A stretch of 48,109 nucleotides of DNA. Source: Candidatus Thorarchaeota archaeon (GTDB taxonomy: Archaea > Asgardarchaeota > Thorarchaeia > Thorarchaeales > Thorarchaeaceae). The notes under the pieces were generated by a model that was not told the origin of the DNA, made no database searches, and was given only the letters and a program-made list of their open reading frames with translations. The stretch spans positions 1 to 48,109 of the forward strand of contig SDNP01000024.1 in assembly GCA_004524445.1 (NCBI GenBank). The letters are read 5' to 3'. The first letter of the stretch is position 1; each line of letters begins with the position of its first letter. Positions 27,567-37,247 of the stretch are shown here, in pieces. The translations under genes were made by a program, and so were the position numbers.

Positions 27567-29237
27567 ATGCGAATAGCCCTTGCACAAGTAAATCCAACAG
27601 TCGGCGACATCAGTGGAAATCAGAATCTGATTAGGAAGTATCTAAATCAAGCTAAGGACCTGGATACTGACATAATCGCATTTCCAGAAATGGTCATCAA
27701 CGGATATCCACCTCAGGATTTGCTCTATGAGAAGAGATTCATTTCCGACGCAAAAGATGCAGTGGAAGAGCTAGCAGATGACACCAAAGGTTTGGTTATG
27801 GTTATCGGTTTTGTGGATTATGATTCCGATTGGAATCTCTATAACGCAGCGATGGTCTTTGATGACGGGAAAATCGCAGGAACGACCTACAAAACACTCC
27901 TGCCCACCTATGATGTATTTGACGAAGAGAGATACTTCAAACCACTCTCAGCTGCAGATATCGCTCCCTTCTCTGTTCGAGTTGATGGTACTGAGGTTGA
28001 TTTGGGTGTAGAGATATGCGAGGATCTCTGGGACGAAACCTACCCTACGAAGGTATCCAAATTACTCTGCCAGCGCGGGGCAGACGTAATCATAAACATC
28101 TCAGCATCGCCCTTTCACGTGGGGAAACGATTTGACCGAATGGGACTAGTATCCGATAAGGCAAAGAAACTCGAAACCCCCATTTTTCTTGTGAATCTAG
28201 TTGGAGGACAAGATGAGTTAGTATTTGACGGACAGAGTGTTGGAGCCGATAAGTCGGGTAAGATGATATCTTTTGGAAAACCATTCCAAGAAGAAATGAT
28301 TATGGTTGACATTGATTTGGATGAAGGTATAGCTGATGTGGCTGAGATACCCGAATATGACAAAGATGAGGAAGTTTTCAATGCACTGGTCCTTGGCATC
28401 AGGGATTACTTCAGAAAAACGGGCTTCAAACGCGGTATTATTGGACTGAGCGGAGGAATTGACTCTGCTGTGTCAGCTTGCATTGCTTCGAATGCCTTGG
28501 GCACTGATAATGTGGTTGGAGTATACATGCCCTCCAAGTACTCGAGCGATCATAGTAAGAGGGATGCAGAAAAGCTGGCAGAAAATCTAGACATACTCTT
28601 CCTGCAGTTTTCCATTCAGGAAATCATGCGGTCATATCAAGAAACGCTTGATAAACCTCTGGAAGAAACTCGTGATCATTATTCAATTAATGCGAGTCAA
28701 GACGATCCCGTTGCTGATGAGAACATTCAACCTCGAATTCGTGCAAACTGCATGATGGATTTTTCAAACAGATTACGTGATCTTAGGATTCTTGTACTGA
28801 ACACAGGAAACAAGACTGAACTGGCTCTAGGTTATTCAACACTATACGGAGACCTAACGGGGGGAATAAGTGTACTCGGAGATGTAAGCAAGCTTCAAGT
28901 CTACAGTCTTGCCAGGTATATCAATAGAAGACATGGCACTGAGATAATTCCTGAGAGTTCAATCACAAAACGGCCATCAGCCGAGCTCAAACCCAATCAG
29001 TATGATCCATTCAATTTTGATATCGTTAGTCCCATGGTCGATGAAATCGTGGAGAATCGCAAGGGTAAGCAAGAGCTGATTCAGATGGGTTTCCCTGAAG
29101 AAGCTATAGAGGATGTATACTCACGATTTCGCAATGCAGAATACAAGCGATGGCAGGCACCTCCAGCAATCAAGATAACTAAGAAAGCATTTGGCATGGG
29201 TTGGAAGATGCCCATAGTCAATAAGTACCATGACTAG
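27567..29237 (+). CDS. nadE: Glutamine-dependent NAD+ synthetase
   Basis: MRIALAQ start; nitrilase-type triad (FPE, K, ICEDLW); GLSGGIDS, ENIQPRIR, NTGNKTE, YSTLYGD, PSAEL. Start moved from 27348 to 27567. Confidence 0.97.
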   Translation: MRIALAQVNPTVGDISGNQNLIRKYLNQAKDLDTDIIAFPEMVINGYPPQDLLYEKRFISDAKDAVEELADDTKGLVMVIGFVDYDSDWNLYNAAMVFDDGKIAGTTYKTLLPTYDVFDEERYFKPLSAADIAPFSVRVDGTEVDLGVEICEDLWDETYPTKVSKLLCQRGADVIINISASPFHVGKRFDRMGLVSDKAKKLETPIFLVNLVGGQDELVFDGQSVGADKSGKMISFGKPFQEEMIMVDIDLDEGIADVAEIPEYDKDEEVFNALVLGIRDYFRKTGFKRGIIGLSGGIDSAVSACIASNALGTDNVVGVYMPSKYSSDHSKRDAEKLAENLDILFLQFSIQEIMRSYQETLDKPLEETRDHYSINASQDDPVADENIQPRIRANCMMDFSNRLRDLRILVLNTGNKTELALGYSTLYGDLTGGISVLGDVSKLQVYSLARYINRRHGTEIIPESSITKRPSAELKPNQYDPFNFDIVSPMVDEIVENRKGKQELIQMGFPEEAIEDVYSRFRNAEYKRWQAPPAIKITKKAFGMGWKMPIVNKYHD

Positions 29238-29284
29238 CGTTTGGCAATTCTTGCGTATTCAGGAAAGTAGTGTCTCTACGATCA

Positions 29285-29932
29285 TCAAACTAGAATGAGC
29301 CGCTCGAGCAGGAAATAGAAGAAGGACGCACTACCGATATAGAAAATCATCACAACAAACGCCAGCACGACTTTGAGGACGAGTTTCCTTCCTTGAACAA
29401 TCTCGTAAGCAAGAAACGTGGAAACTCCTAGTAGAATTTCAGGAATGATGATATACAGAGCAACATGTGAAATGGTTAGTACATTCTGCGCAGTCCACGC
29501 GGGTAACATCCAGAGCGTGGCTTCAGCGCTAACAAACAGGATAAGGGATAGGATGGATACAAGAATGAGTGCAACGTTTTCGCCACGCAGTTCCTTTACT
29601 CTCAAGCCAACATATATGATAACAAATAGAGGAATAGCCCATAATCCTGCCATATATGCCGGGACTTCTCCAATCATAGTGTATGGGTCGGTTTCGAAAG
29701 ATATGGAATTCAACACCTCAGTAAGAAACCAGTCCGGGAATATCTGTAAGATACTCAGCGGCATAACAAACATCCAGATATCAAGCCAAACCGATTGTCG
29801 ATCTATGAGAGACCACAATGGAAGCAGAATATTGTAGCTGATTACAATTACAAGCATCTTGAGCCCAATTGTGAGCACCGGAAGAAATAGGGTGATAGCT
29901 GCAATCAGAGAAAAGACAACGTAGATTTTCAC
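29285..29932 (-). CDS. Hypothetical multi-pass membrane protein (DUF6989-like)
   Basis: QIFPDWFL, YMAGLWAIP, YIIIPEILLG; about 6-7 TM segments. Start uncertain (ORF open to 30055). Confidence 0.7.
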   Translation of the reverse strand: MKIYVVFSLIAAITLFLPVLTIGLKMLVIVISYNILLPLWSLIDRQSVWLDIWMFVMPLSILQIFPDWFLTEVLNSISFETDPYTMIGEVPAYMAGLWAIPLFVIIYVGLRVKELRGENVALILVSILSLILFVSAEATLWMLPAWTAQNVLTISHVALYIIIPEILLGVSTFLAYEIVQGRKLVLKVVLAFVVMIFYIGSASFFYFLLERLILV

Positions 29933-30060
29933 GAGGCTTATGTCTGATTTGGAGGTGAATGGCAGCAAAGATATCAGCAAATTGTGTTTTGCTATTCTAC
30001 ATAAATGGTTCGTGACCGGAATTGGCTGCGACAAATTGAATAAGTAACGCTCCATAAATA

Positions 30061-30999
30061 TTGAAAATCATGAAGTCCCCAAAGCTGACCGAAGACAGAC
30101 TCCAAGATGCTGTTAGGTTTATTGAATCAAACGCTAGGCAGCTGGACAGAAGATATTACGAATATTTCTTCGAAGATGCCAGCAGTAAGGATGTTCTATC
30201 AGAGCTTTCAAAATATCAGAACAAAGATGGGGGATTTGGCCATGCTATCGAACCGGATTTCAGAATGCGATCATCTTCACCTATGGCAACATCAGTAGCA
30301 TTGCAATACTACACAGGGGTAGATGGACCAGAAGAGGAAGAGCTGATTGAAAGGGCAATCAAGTATCTCATTCAGACCTTTGATGTAGAGCAAAAATACT
30401 GGCCCGCCACCACAATGGAGGTGAATGATTCTCCGCATGCACCATGGTGGCACCTAAGGGAAGTCAAGCGTCCACAGGGTGCTGACTGGGCCAACCCAAG
30501 TGCAGAGCTAGCAGGATATCTGTTCAAGTACCCATATTATGTGCCTGAGGACCTACTCGATACTCTTTCGGACATCGTAATGGATTATGTCGAGATGCAT
30601 GACTATGTGGACAGCTGGTTGTATAATGTGATGTGCTGGGAAAGAGTCTATTATTGTTTCCCGACCCCTTTACGAACCAAGATAGAACAGATGATAAGAG
30701 CCACATTCCAGCATTATCGGCCGATGCAGAAGGACACCCTGAACGAAATCAGGATATTCTGGATTGCGCCACATCCTACTTCTCTCATGGCACAGGTTGA
30801 CCGAGATACTGTCATGAGCATGCTCGAAGAGGAGATCGACAATCAGGCCGCTGATGGAGGCTGGTGGCCTACTTGGAGATGGGGACAGTATGAGGAGGTC
30901 TGGCCCACGGCAGAGAAGGAATGGGCCGGGAAAATAACCACTGAGGCGCTGAGAGGTTTAGATTCATTCAATATGATACGAGGCCGTAACGGATGGTAG
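30061..30999 (+). CDS. Prenyltransferase/terpene-cyclase-like alpha/alpha-barrel protein of unknown function
   Basis: QW-like repeats YQNKDGGFG and QAADGGW; HAPWW. Confidence 0.7.
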   Translation: MKIMKSPKLTEDRLQDAVRFIESNARQLDRRYYEYFFEDASSKDVLSELSKYQNKDGGFGHAIEPDFRMRSSSPMATSVALQYYTGVDGPEEEELIERAIKYLIQTFDVEQKYWPATTMEVNDSPHAPWWHLREVKRPQGADWANPSAELAGYLFKYPYYVPEDLLDTLSDIVMDYVEMHDYVDSWLYNVMCWERVYYCFPTPLRTKIEQMIRATFQHYRPMQKDTLNEIRIFWIAPHPTSLMAQVDRDTVMSMLEEEIDNQAADGGWWPTWRWGQYEEVWPTAEKEWAGKITTEALRGLDSFNMIRGRNGW

Positions 31000-31024
31000 T
31001 TTGGTGGATAGAACTGGGGGTCAC

Positions 31025-31147
31025 AAAAACATAGTGACTGATTTATAGAAGTTGGCGGCCAGTGCCGGCGGGGCGAACTGGTAGGAGGGGGGAGTTATGA
31101 GGGCATGTTACAGAAAATAGTCGCCCTGCTAGCCACCTGACCACCAT
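31025..31147 (-). ncRNA. Candidate long-hairpin small RNA
   Basis: Arms 31121-31146 and 31053-31076 pair over about 22 bp. A TATA-like CTTATTA lies on the minus strand at 31168-31174 and a T5 tract at 31025-31029. The element is GC-rich within an AT-rich intergenic region. Confidence 0.5.
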
Positions 31148-31333
31148 TTAACCATCGTCAAGGTCCCTAATAAGCACTACCATAAATTCAATTTTCGTTA
31201 TTTCTTTTAAACAAGGGCATTTCCATACAATTTTACAGCGGTTGTGGGGTTGAGAATACATGAATTTCTTACTCGATTCCACCGGACCGAAATTCTATTT
31301 TAGCACTAAATAGCGCAATTATCTGAATACACA

Positions 31334-31777
31334 ATGACGGAAGAGCATAGATACTCGGTGAAGAGCAGATGGGTAGAGGACCGCATAGTCACAATGGAGA
31401 TCGAAGGAAAGACCATGTTGAAATCCGCGCCACCTCGGGATTTTTGGGAAGATTGCCCAGATGAAACTTATTCACCCGAGGACCTATTCCTAGCGAGCGC
31501 AGTGACATGCTATAGTGTCAGCATTCCAGGGGTCGCAAAAAGATTCCACGCAGACTTCGATGATTTTGAAGTGACAGGAAAGGGACATCTAGCAAAGGGA
31601 GAACATGGATGGGAATTCGAAGAAATAACGATTGATGCCAAAATCACTGTGTCCTCAGAATCCGACGAGAAGAAAATGAAGAAAGTTGCAGAGAGGGCTC
31701 ATACGTATTGTGTCGTTGCAAATTCTATGAGCTGCCCGGTCAAACTGAAATATAAGATTCTTCGAACCGATACCTGA
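31334..31777 (+). CDS. OsmC/Ohr family protein
   Basis: SPEDLFLASAVTC and AHTYCVVANS carry the two conserved Cys. Confidence 0.92.
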   Translation: MTEEHRYSVKSRWVEDRIVTMEIEGKTMLKSAPPRDFWEDCPDETYSPEDLFLASAVTCYSVSIPGVAKRFHADFDDFEVTGKGHLAKGEHGWEFEEITIDAKITVSSESDEKKMKKVAERAHTYCVVANSMSCPVKLKYKILRTDT

Positions 31778-31781
31778 TTAG

Positions 31782-32165
31782 CTAGATGTCTTCAAATCGC
31801 GCAAGTGGGATACTTGCTACGTATTCAGCCCCGCACTCGCAGTTCAATTCAACAGACCATTGCTCAGGCAATGGAACCTCAAACTGCTCAATGATTTCAC
31901 CGAGGCTTGAGCGGATTCCAGCGATGAGTTCAACATATGCCAACGAAATGGAATAAATCTCCTTTGGAAAGTCTAGATCAGAAACAAAATATCGAACTGA
32001 TTCTTTGCAGTCTGGACATGCTGTAATCAAGATATTCGTAGAATCACCACATGAATGACAATCAATCGAATATTCTTTCATGTCAGGGGCAGCTGGAACC
32101 TCGTATCTGAGATCCTCTCTGTGACCACAAACATGGCAGAAGTATTCAAATGCTATTTCTGGCAT
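31782..32165 (-). CDS. Hypothetical multi-zinc-ribbon protein
   Basis: CHVC, CHSC, CPDC, CEC; ATG at 32165 with AGGAGA upstream. Confidence 0.75.
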   Translation of the reverse strand: MPEIAFEYFCHVCGHREDLRYEVPAAPDMKEYSIDCHSCGDSTNILITACPDCKESVRYFVSDLDFPKEIYSISLAYVELIAGIRSSLGEIIEQFEVPLPEQWSVELNCECGAEYVASIPLARFEDI

Positions 32166-32253
32166 GAAGATATCTCCTTGGAGCAACATATTAGAGACCA
32201 TAACATGCTAAAAGTGTGATGTCCGTCATTTTTCACATCGCAAGGGTGTATAG

Positions 32254-32901
32254 TTGAGAATGAAAACCTCCAAAACTCACTCGAATGAAAACCAGACTGG
32301 TAGTGAAATGCAGCGAGAAGCAGTCTTGGCATATCTAACAAAAAAAAATAGCGTAATGGCAGCATTCAGTGCAATATTATCTATCATGCTATTCTCAATT
32401 TGGACTCTAAGGTCGGGGTTGGATCTACTAACAAGTTTGCTACTAGTGACCAGTTATGGTATGGCGAGTGTAATAGTTGCCTTGAGTGATTATAGGGAGA
32501 TTAAGGCAGTAGGAAAACATCATTTTCTTTTGAGAAAGACTGCCGTATCGTGGAAGCTGGTCACTGATGCTTTGATTGGATTGGCCCTCTCTTTCTTCTT
32601 CTTATGGTTCGTTTTTGCAAGTAACGAAGCTAACAGCCAGATTGTTGGCCAATTGATCATGCTCATAGCAATGATATGCACTGTCATTGTGATGCCCCTC
32701 TTGCCACTTCTTGGTGTCATATCAAAACTAAGCTCGATGAAATCCAAAATTACTGCCCAAGTAGATGAAAATTATTCTTCAATCATAAGCCTAAATGTCA
32801 AAATTCATCCATTAGACATTCAGGGGATCAGATTGTCAGGCACACAGTCATTCAATGGTATTGTAAAAGAAATCATACTAGAATTCGTGACAGATGAATG
32901 A
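32254..32901 (+). CDS. Hypothetical 4-TM membrane protein
   Basis: 215 aa ORF filling the gap, with four hydrophobic segments. Confidence 0.6.
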   Translation: MRMKTSKTHSNENQTGSEMQREAVLAYLTKKNSVMAAFSAILSIMLFSIWTLRSGLDLLTSLLLVTSYGMASVIVALSDYREIKAVGKHHFLLRKTAVSWKLVTDALIGLALSFFFLWFVFASNEANSQIVGQLIMLIAMICTVIVMPLLPLLGVISKLSSMKSKITAQVDENYSSIISLNVKIHPLDIQGIRLSGTQSFNGIVKEIILEFVTDE

Positions 32902-32914
32902 CTTAATCACACTT

Positions 32915-33205
32915 TCAAGTTGTGACAGCAGTTGTCTTCCTTTTTGACTGAGGTGCGGGCTGAGATGGGGCGCGTCTAATATGACGTGCAACAAGGATGT
33001 CCGTCGAACCGAGATGTTCTACTTCCACCTCAATTTCAGCTCCAATTTCGAAATCGATGCCTTCATGATACTCTGTGTAGTTATCGACCTTGAATCTTTC
33101 CTGCTGGCCATTGGTGGTTTCTATTCCTACATAGCCATAGACTATTTCCTCGGAGCCAAACCGACCAAGTTGGGTTGAAACTATTCTTCCTTCCATTTTC
33201 GTCAA
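32915..33205 (-). CDS. Small OB-fold-like hypothetical protein (paralog of 38133-38405)
   Basis: G.IVS.QL, YGY..IET, RFKVD.YTEY and LG.T are shared with 38133-38405. Confidence 0.8.
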   Translation of the reverse strand: MTKMEGRIVSTQLGRFGSEEIVYGYVGIETTNGQQERFKVDNYTEYHEGIDFEIGAEIEVEVEHLGSTDILVARHIRRAPSQPAPQSKRKTTAVTT

Positions 33206-33282
33206 TATTGTTTCACTAATTAATTATAGTTAATTTGACCATATATGGCTTGTCATATGTTCCTAGCATTCTAAGAAAACTG

Positions 33283-33825
33283 CTACTCATCAAGCCGATT
33301 CAAAGTCTTTTTGAAAAGCTCAGTGTTGTCGACATAGGACTGAACATATTTTTCAATCGTCTTTCTAGCAATATCGTCCGATGTCATTTTTCGTAATAGC
33401 TTCGCTGGCACACCAGCATAAACGCCGTCCTCTTCTGTAGCAGTCTTGGGATGTAATACAGCACCATTCCCAATGAGAGACCGCTTAGCTACTTTGGCAC
33501 CCACCATAATGACAGTATTCATTCCTATTGCCGCATCATCTTCAATCTGTTCACCATGAACGGATGCATTGTGCCCGATATTGACTCGCTTGCCAATAAT
33601 GGTCGTATAAGTGTCAGTAGAATGGACGACTGCACCATCCTGTACATTTGTCTCATCGCCAATAACTATCGGTCCACGGTCGCCTCGAATCGATGCCATA
33701 GGAGCTATAAAGACCCTCTGTCCGATTTTGACATCCCCAACAATACTTGCTTGGGGATGAACATATGCCGATTCATGTATTTCAGGAGTTTTTCCATTAA
33801 GCGAGTATATTGCCATATTAATCAC
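33283..33825 (-). CDS. Gamma-carbonic anhydrase family (hexapeptide repeat) protein
   Basis: SIRGD, TNVQDGAVVH, IGHNASVHG, GVPAK. Confidence 0.93.
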   Translation of the reverse strand: MINMAIYSLNGKTPEIHESAYVHPQASIVGDVKIGQRVFIAPMASIRGDRGPIVIGDETNVQDGAVVHSTDTYTTIIGKRVNIGHNASVHGEQIEDDAAIGMNTVIMVGAKVAKRSLIGNGAVLHPKTATEEDGVYAGVPAKLLRKMTSDDIARKTIEKYVQSYVDNTELFKKTLNRLDE

Positions 33826-34532
33826 TTCTTCTGCAAAAGCCCAACGTAGAGATTACGTTCACCGAATACTCTCTTCAGTGACCAAACTGTTTGATCAGCC
33901 AGTTTACTCATCTCTTCAGGACTACATAAAAGCAAGTCTATCCAGTCACTTACTTCACCTTTGTACCTTATGTGGAACTTAACGAGTCCGGGAGGCCGCC
34001 CACGTTCCAAATTTATTTCGTGGTATTGATGATGGGCTGGCTCATCTGTTGCTTTGGGGTCCCGCGATTGCGCAAGAATGATGGCGTCTTCAGATATCAA
34101 GTCATGTAGATCTCGGAGAAGGTCTATTATTCCGTCGTAATTGCCGGGAATGCCGAAATTATTCCCAAACATCAGTACGGTCTTGAAACAATTTGGTTGA
34201 AAGCGGAGATGCGTTAATGACATCAGAATTACCTTCCGAAACCCCCGCGTCAAGCAAGCGTCAAGGGCGCCAGGCGAAGTGTCAATGCCTATATATTCCT
34301 GACCAATCGTATTAAAATAGACATCTGGTCGCCCTCCCCCACAGCCCAAATCTAGTACTGGACCCCTAGCGAGGCGAATAGCTTCTCGCTCGGAAAAATG
34401 CCATTTCTCATGTGGCAGAAGGTACTGCAATCCTGAACTGGGTGGAGCGTATCCATCATCCCTCTCATTGAAGTGCTCGGTTCTGTCACCGTCTAGCGCA
34501 TCCAAGATGATTCTTTCAAAGAGGTCAGGCAT
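33822..34532 (-). CDS. Class I SAM-dependent methyltransferase
   Basis: VLDLGCGGG, GIDTS, LMFGNNFG. Probable start ATG 34532 (or 34544). Confidence 0.88.
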   Translation of the reverse strand: MPDLFERIILDALDGDRTEHFNERDDGYAPPSSGLQYLLPHEKWHFSEREAIRLARGPVLDLGCGGGRPDVYFNTIGQEYIGIDTSPGALDACLTRGFRKVILMSLTHLRFQPNCFKTVLMFGNNFGIPGNYDGIIDLLRDLHDLISEDAIILAQSRDPKATDEPAHHQYHEINLERGRPPGLVKFHIRYKGEVSDWIDLLLCSPEEMSKLADQTVWSLKRVFGERNLYVGLLQKK

Positions 34533-34642
34533 GCTTCGAGCCATGACAAATTCATGGGAAAAGGGTTTTGTCACTAGCGAAAAATATTCAGGCAACTCTT
34601 ATATCACAGGGAATGCTTGTGTCCTATTTGGAGTTACAATTT

Positions 34643-35374
34643 ATGGAAGCCGGTGACCATGATTCTCACAATAACTCAGAAACTGCGCAGGACAAAGACG
34701 AATCTGAAGCGACTCTTGAAATTGCTGTGTATGGAGGGAGCAAGGAAGAAATAGGAGAATCATTTGCCAAATATCAATCATCTGATGTTCATATCTACCA
34801 GACGTGGGTGAACATCAGAGCATTGCGGAGGCTAGGCTTTCTATTTGAGGGAGGAGTCGAGAGCGCGGGAGGACTCTTTGAAGTAGTGATAATGCTCCTG
34901 GCAATCGTTCTAGTAGTGGCAATGTTCGCTTTCTACCATCTTGTGATTTTCTTCATTGTTTTCGCAGTTTTAGCGGTATTGAGCGGAGGCGTTGCACTGA
35001 AATATTTGCGAGGAACCTTCATTGAAGGTGATGAGTCGAAGATTGATCTCAATGATTTAGTGCCCTTCGTGAAAGAACAGATTAAGGGGGGCTATTTTGT
35101 GGAAGTACAAACAAGATCTGGTGAAATTGAGAGTGAAACGATAAAGCGTTCAAATAGAGACACAATGCTATTCAAACGTGGGATTCACCTTTCATTAATT
35201 GTGTCAACGCTCTTTTTTGTGATTGAAGTGATATATAGGCTATTCTTTTTGGATTGGTTGACTAATACCGGCATACTCCTTGTATTTGGATTAGTATTTC
35301 TTGGAGGGGTATTCATTATGAATAGTGGGGCATTTCTTCGTCGCAGATTTGAGAAGATCTTAGAGGACAACTGA
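34643..35374 (+). CDS. Hypothetical membrane protein (paralog of 16583-17362)
   Basis: ATG at 34643 with GGAG upstream; about 4 TM segments. Confidence 0.75.
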   Translation: MEAGDHDSHNNSETAQDKDESEATLEIAVYGGSKEEIGESFAKYQSSDVHIYQTWVNIRALRRLGFLFEGGVESAGGLFEVVIMLLAIVLVVAMFAFYHLVIFFIVFAVLAVLSGGVALKYLRGTFIEGDESKIDLNDLVPFVKEQIKGGYFVEVQTRSGEIESETIKRSNRDTMLFKRGIHLSLIVSTLFFVIEVIYRLFFLDWLTNTGILLVFGLVFLGGVFIMNSGAFLRRRFEKILEDN

Positions 35375-35384
35375 TTCAGAAATG

Positions 35385-36650
35385 TCAGATTACCTCGAAA
35401 ACAATTGCCCAAAATTCTCTCTCGGAAACTCCAGTTCGAAGATTCTTCAGCTTGGATTTGATTTTGTCAAATGATTCCTTGGTCTGCCTTTTCTTCTGCT
35501 CCTCGTGGGTCTTTTTGACACGATTGGCAATCTCTCTAGCTTGTTTCTCTGTAGCTGTTACGCCGCCCATCTTCAATAGATATTCAACAAAATGACGACC
35601 TACAAACTTGCCCAAATGGAACTCGCGTCTTCGACCAACTTCAGATGGACTAATTGGTTCGTATGTCATAGAGTGAGTAAGCTGGCCATGGGAATGTATT
35701 CCGCTTGAATGAGTGAATGCATTGTCTCCGGAGATTGCTTTATGCAAGGGCAAAGGAATCATGAAGTGCCTTTCAACGAGTCTGGAGAGATTGTAGAGTT
35801 TCTCGGTGTCAATACCAGTATTGACATTATGGAGCTCTTCCAGAGCCATGACAACCTCCTCAAAAGCTGCATTTCCGGCTCTCTCACCGTAGCCGTTAAC
35901 GCAGACATGAGCAAAGGATGCACCTTCTTCAATAGCTGCCAGCGTATTTGCATTTGCTAGTCCAAAGTCATTGTGGCAATGAACTGCTATTGGCACTTTG
36001 TACTTGGAATCTGATGAGAGTCCCTTCTTTATCTGCTGCATAATGTATTTCATGACAGAGGGCCGCACAAAGCCAACAGTGTCAGCAACACAGATTTTGT
36101 CAGCACCAGCATCTATGGCTGCTTTGTACGCTTTGCATAAGAAGTCCATGTCACTACGGGTCGAGTCCTCAGCAATGTAATCTATTACAAGCCCATGGTC
36201 CGTCCCATATTCGATGCATTCAGTAAGACGCGCAAGCATTTCTTCTCTCGTCATTTGAAGCTGATATTTGAGACGAAAGTCAGATGTCGCAATGAAAATG
36301 GGAACTTCAGATACATCAGCCTTCAGACAAGCATCGATGTCTGTTTTTACAGCCCGAGCTGGTGCTGCAACACTGGCGTTGGTAAGCCCCTCTTTGGCAA
36401 TGGCAGCAACTGCATTTGCTTCGCCCTCAGACACTGCGGGAAAGCCAACAGCGACGATGGATGCCCCCACTTCATCAAGCATCTTTGCAATCTCAATCTT
36501 CTCGTCAATTGTTAGAGCAACGCCGGGTGTTTGCTCGCCATCACGGAGAGTCTCGTCCCAGATGTGTACTCTCTCGGGCAGTGATTTAGGTCTCGTTGAT
36601 GATACCTTGTTGTAATTCACAGCGAGACCAGCTTTTTCTAGAGATTCCAT
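35385..36650 (-). CDS. Homocitrate/isopropylmalate/citramalate synthase family (DRE-TIM) without LeuA regulatory domain
   Basis: DETLRDGEQTPG, ADTVG, HCHNDFG, NGYGERAGN, HSSGIH. At 421 aa it lacks the C-terminal allosteric domain, so it is homocitrate-synthase-like. Confidence 0.9.
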   Translation of the reverse strand: MESLEKAGLAVNYNKVSSTRPKSLPERVHIWDETLRDGEQTPGVALTIDEKIEIAKMLDEVGASIVAVGFPAVSEGEANAVAAIAKEGLTNASVAAPARAVKTDIDACLKADVSEVPIFIATSDFRLKYQLQMTREEMLARLTECIEYGTDHGLVIDYIAEDSTRSDMDFLCKAYKAAIDAGADKICVADTVGFVRPSVMKYIMQQIKKGLSSDSKYKVPIAVHCHNDFGLANANTLAAIEEGASFAHVCVNGYGERAGNAAFEEVVMALEELHNVNTGIDTEKLYNLSRLVERHFMIPLPLHKAISGDNAFTHSSGIHSHGQLTHSMTYEPISPSEVGRRREFHLGKFVGRHFVEYLLKMGGVTATEKQAREIANRVKKTHEEQKKRQTKESFDKIKSKLKNLRTGVSEREFWAIVFEVI

Positions 36651-36695
36651 TGGAATTCGTCACCCTTGACGATAATAGCATATCGTTTACTATTT

Positions 36696-37247
36696 CTATT
36701 TGTATTGGTAGCGCCCAAATTCAGGAATTTTCTCTATTTCACTGTCAAGTTCGTCAATAGTCGTCTGATACTCATCTTTTGAGATCTTGCCAGCCTTCAA
36801 TGCCTTACTCGCCTTTGATTTCTTATATTCATTTTTCCCTCTCGCGACATGATTGAGTCGCAATGAGCTCTTCATCATTGGTCTGACACCAAACTGTTCT
36901 CCTATACCCTCGAGTAGAGGCATCCAACATATTTCTTCGATATGAAAAGAATACTCAAGACCTTCTTCCAGAATTCTGTTCCAAAAAGGACATTCCTTGA
37001 CAATGACTTCGATTCCATCAGATTCTGCTTCCAGACCTAGTGAACCCATCAGAGTAGAGGCTGCTTGTGCTGCACCTTCTGCGCCATTCCCATCTGACTG
37101 CTTTGCCATTTCTCTCCCGATTTGTTTGAAGCCATTCGCATAACCCTCATACATTGATAGGGCACCAACATTATCACGAAGACCCCACCAGAGGCCATCT
37201 ATGAAAGCCACGAAGCTATTTCTTATAGTAGTGAGTTCGTTCATCAT
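36696..37247 (-). CDS. V4R/DUF6125-like hypothetical protein
   Basis: FIDGLWWG, IVKECPF, EEIC; SHOCT-like GKISKDEY near the C-terminus. Confidence 0.65.
   Translation of the reverse strand: MMNELTTIRNSFVAFIDGLWWGLRDNVGALSMYEGYANGFKQIGREMAKQSDGNGAEGAAQAASTLMGSLGLEAESDGIEVIVKECPFWNRILEEGLEYSFHIEEICWMPLLEGIGEQFGVRPMMKSSLRLNHVARGKNEYKKSKASKALKAGKISKDEYQTTIDELDSEIEKIPEFGRYQYK

Noticed and set aside
31096-31131. SECIS-like element (ATGA...AAA...TG)
   Set aside because: The 3' side reads TGCT, not NGAN, so there is no GA quartet. No in-frame UGA selenoprotein candidate was seen in the flanking genes.
31051-31150. 5S rRNA (plus strand begins GGCGGCCA...GGCGGGG, similar to archaeal 5S 5' ends)
   Set aside because: It lacks the conserved CCGAAC loop and the three-way-junction layout, and folds as one long stem instead.
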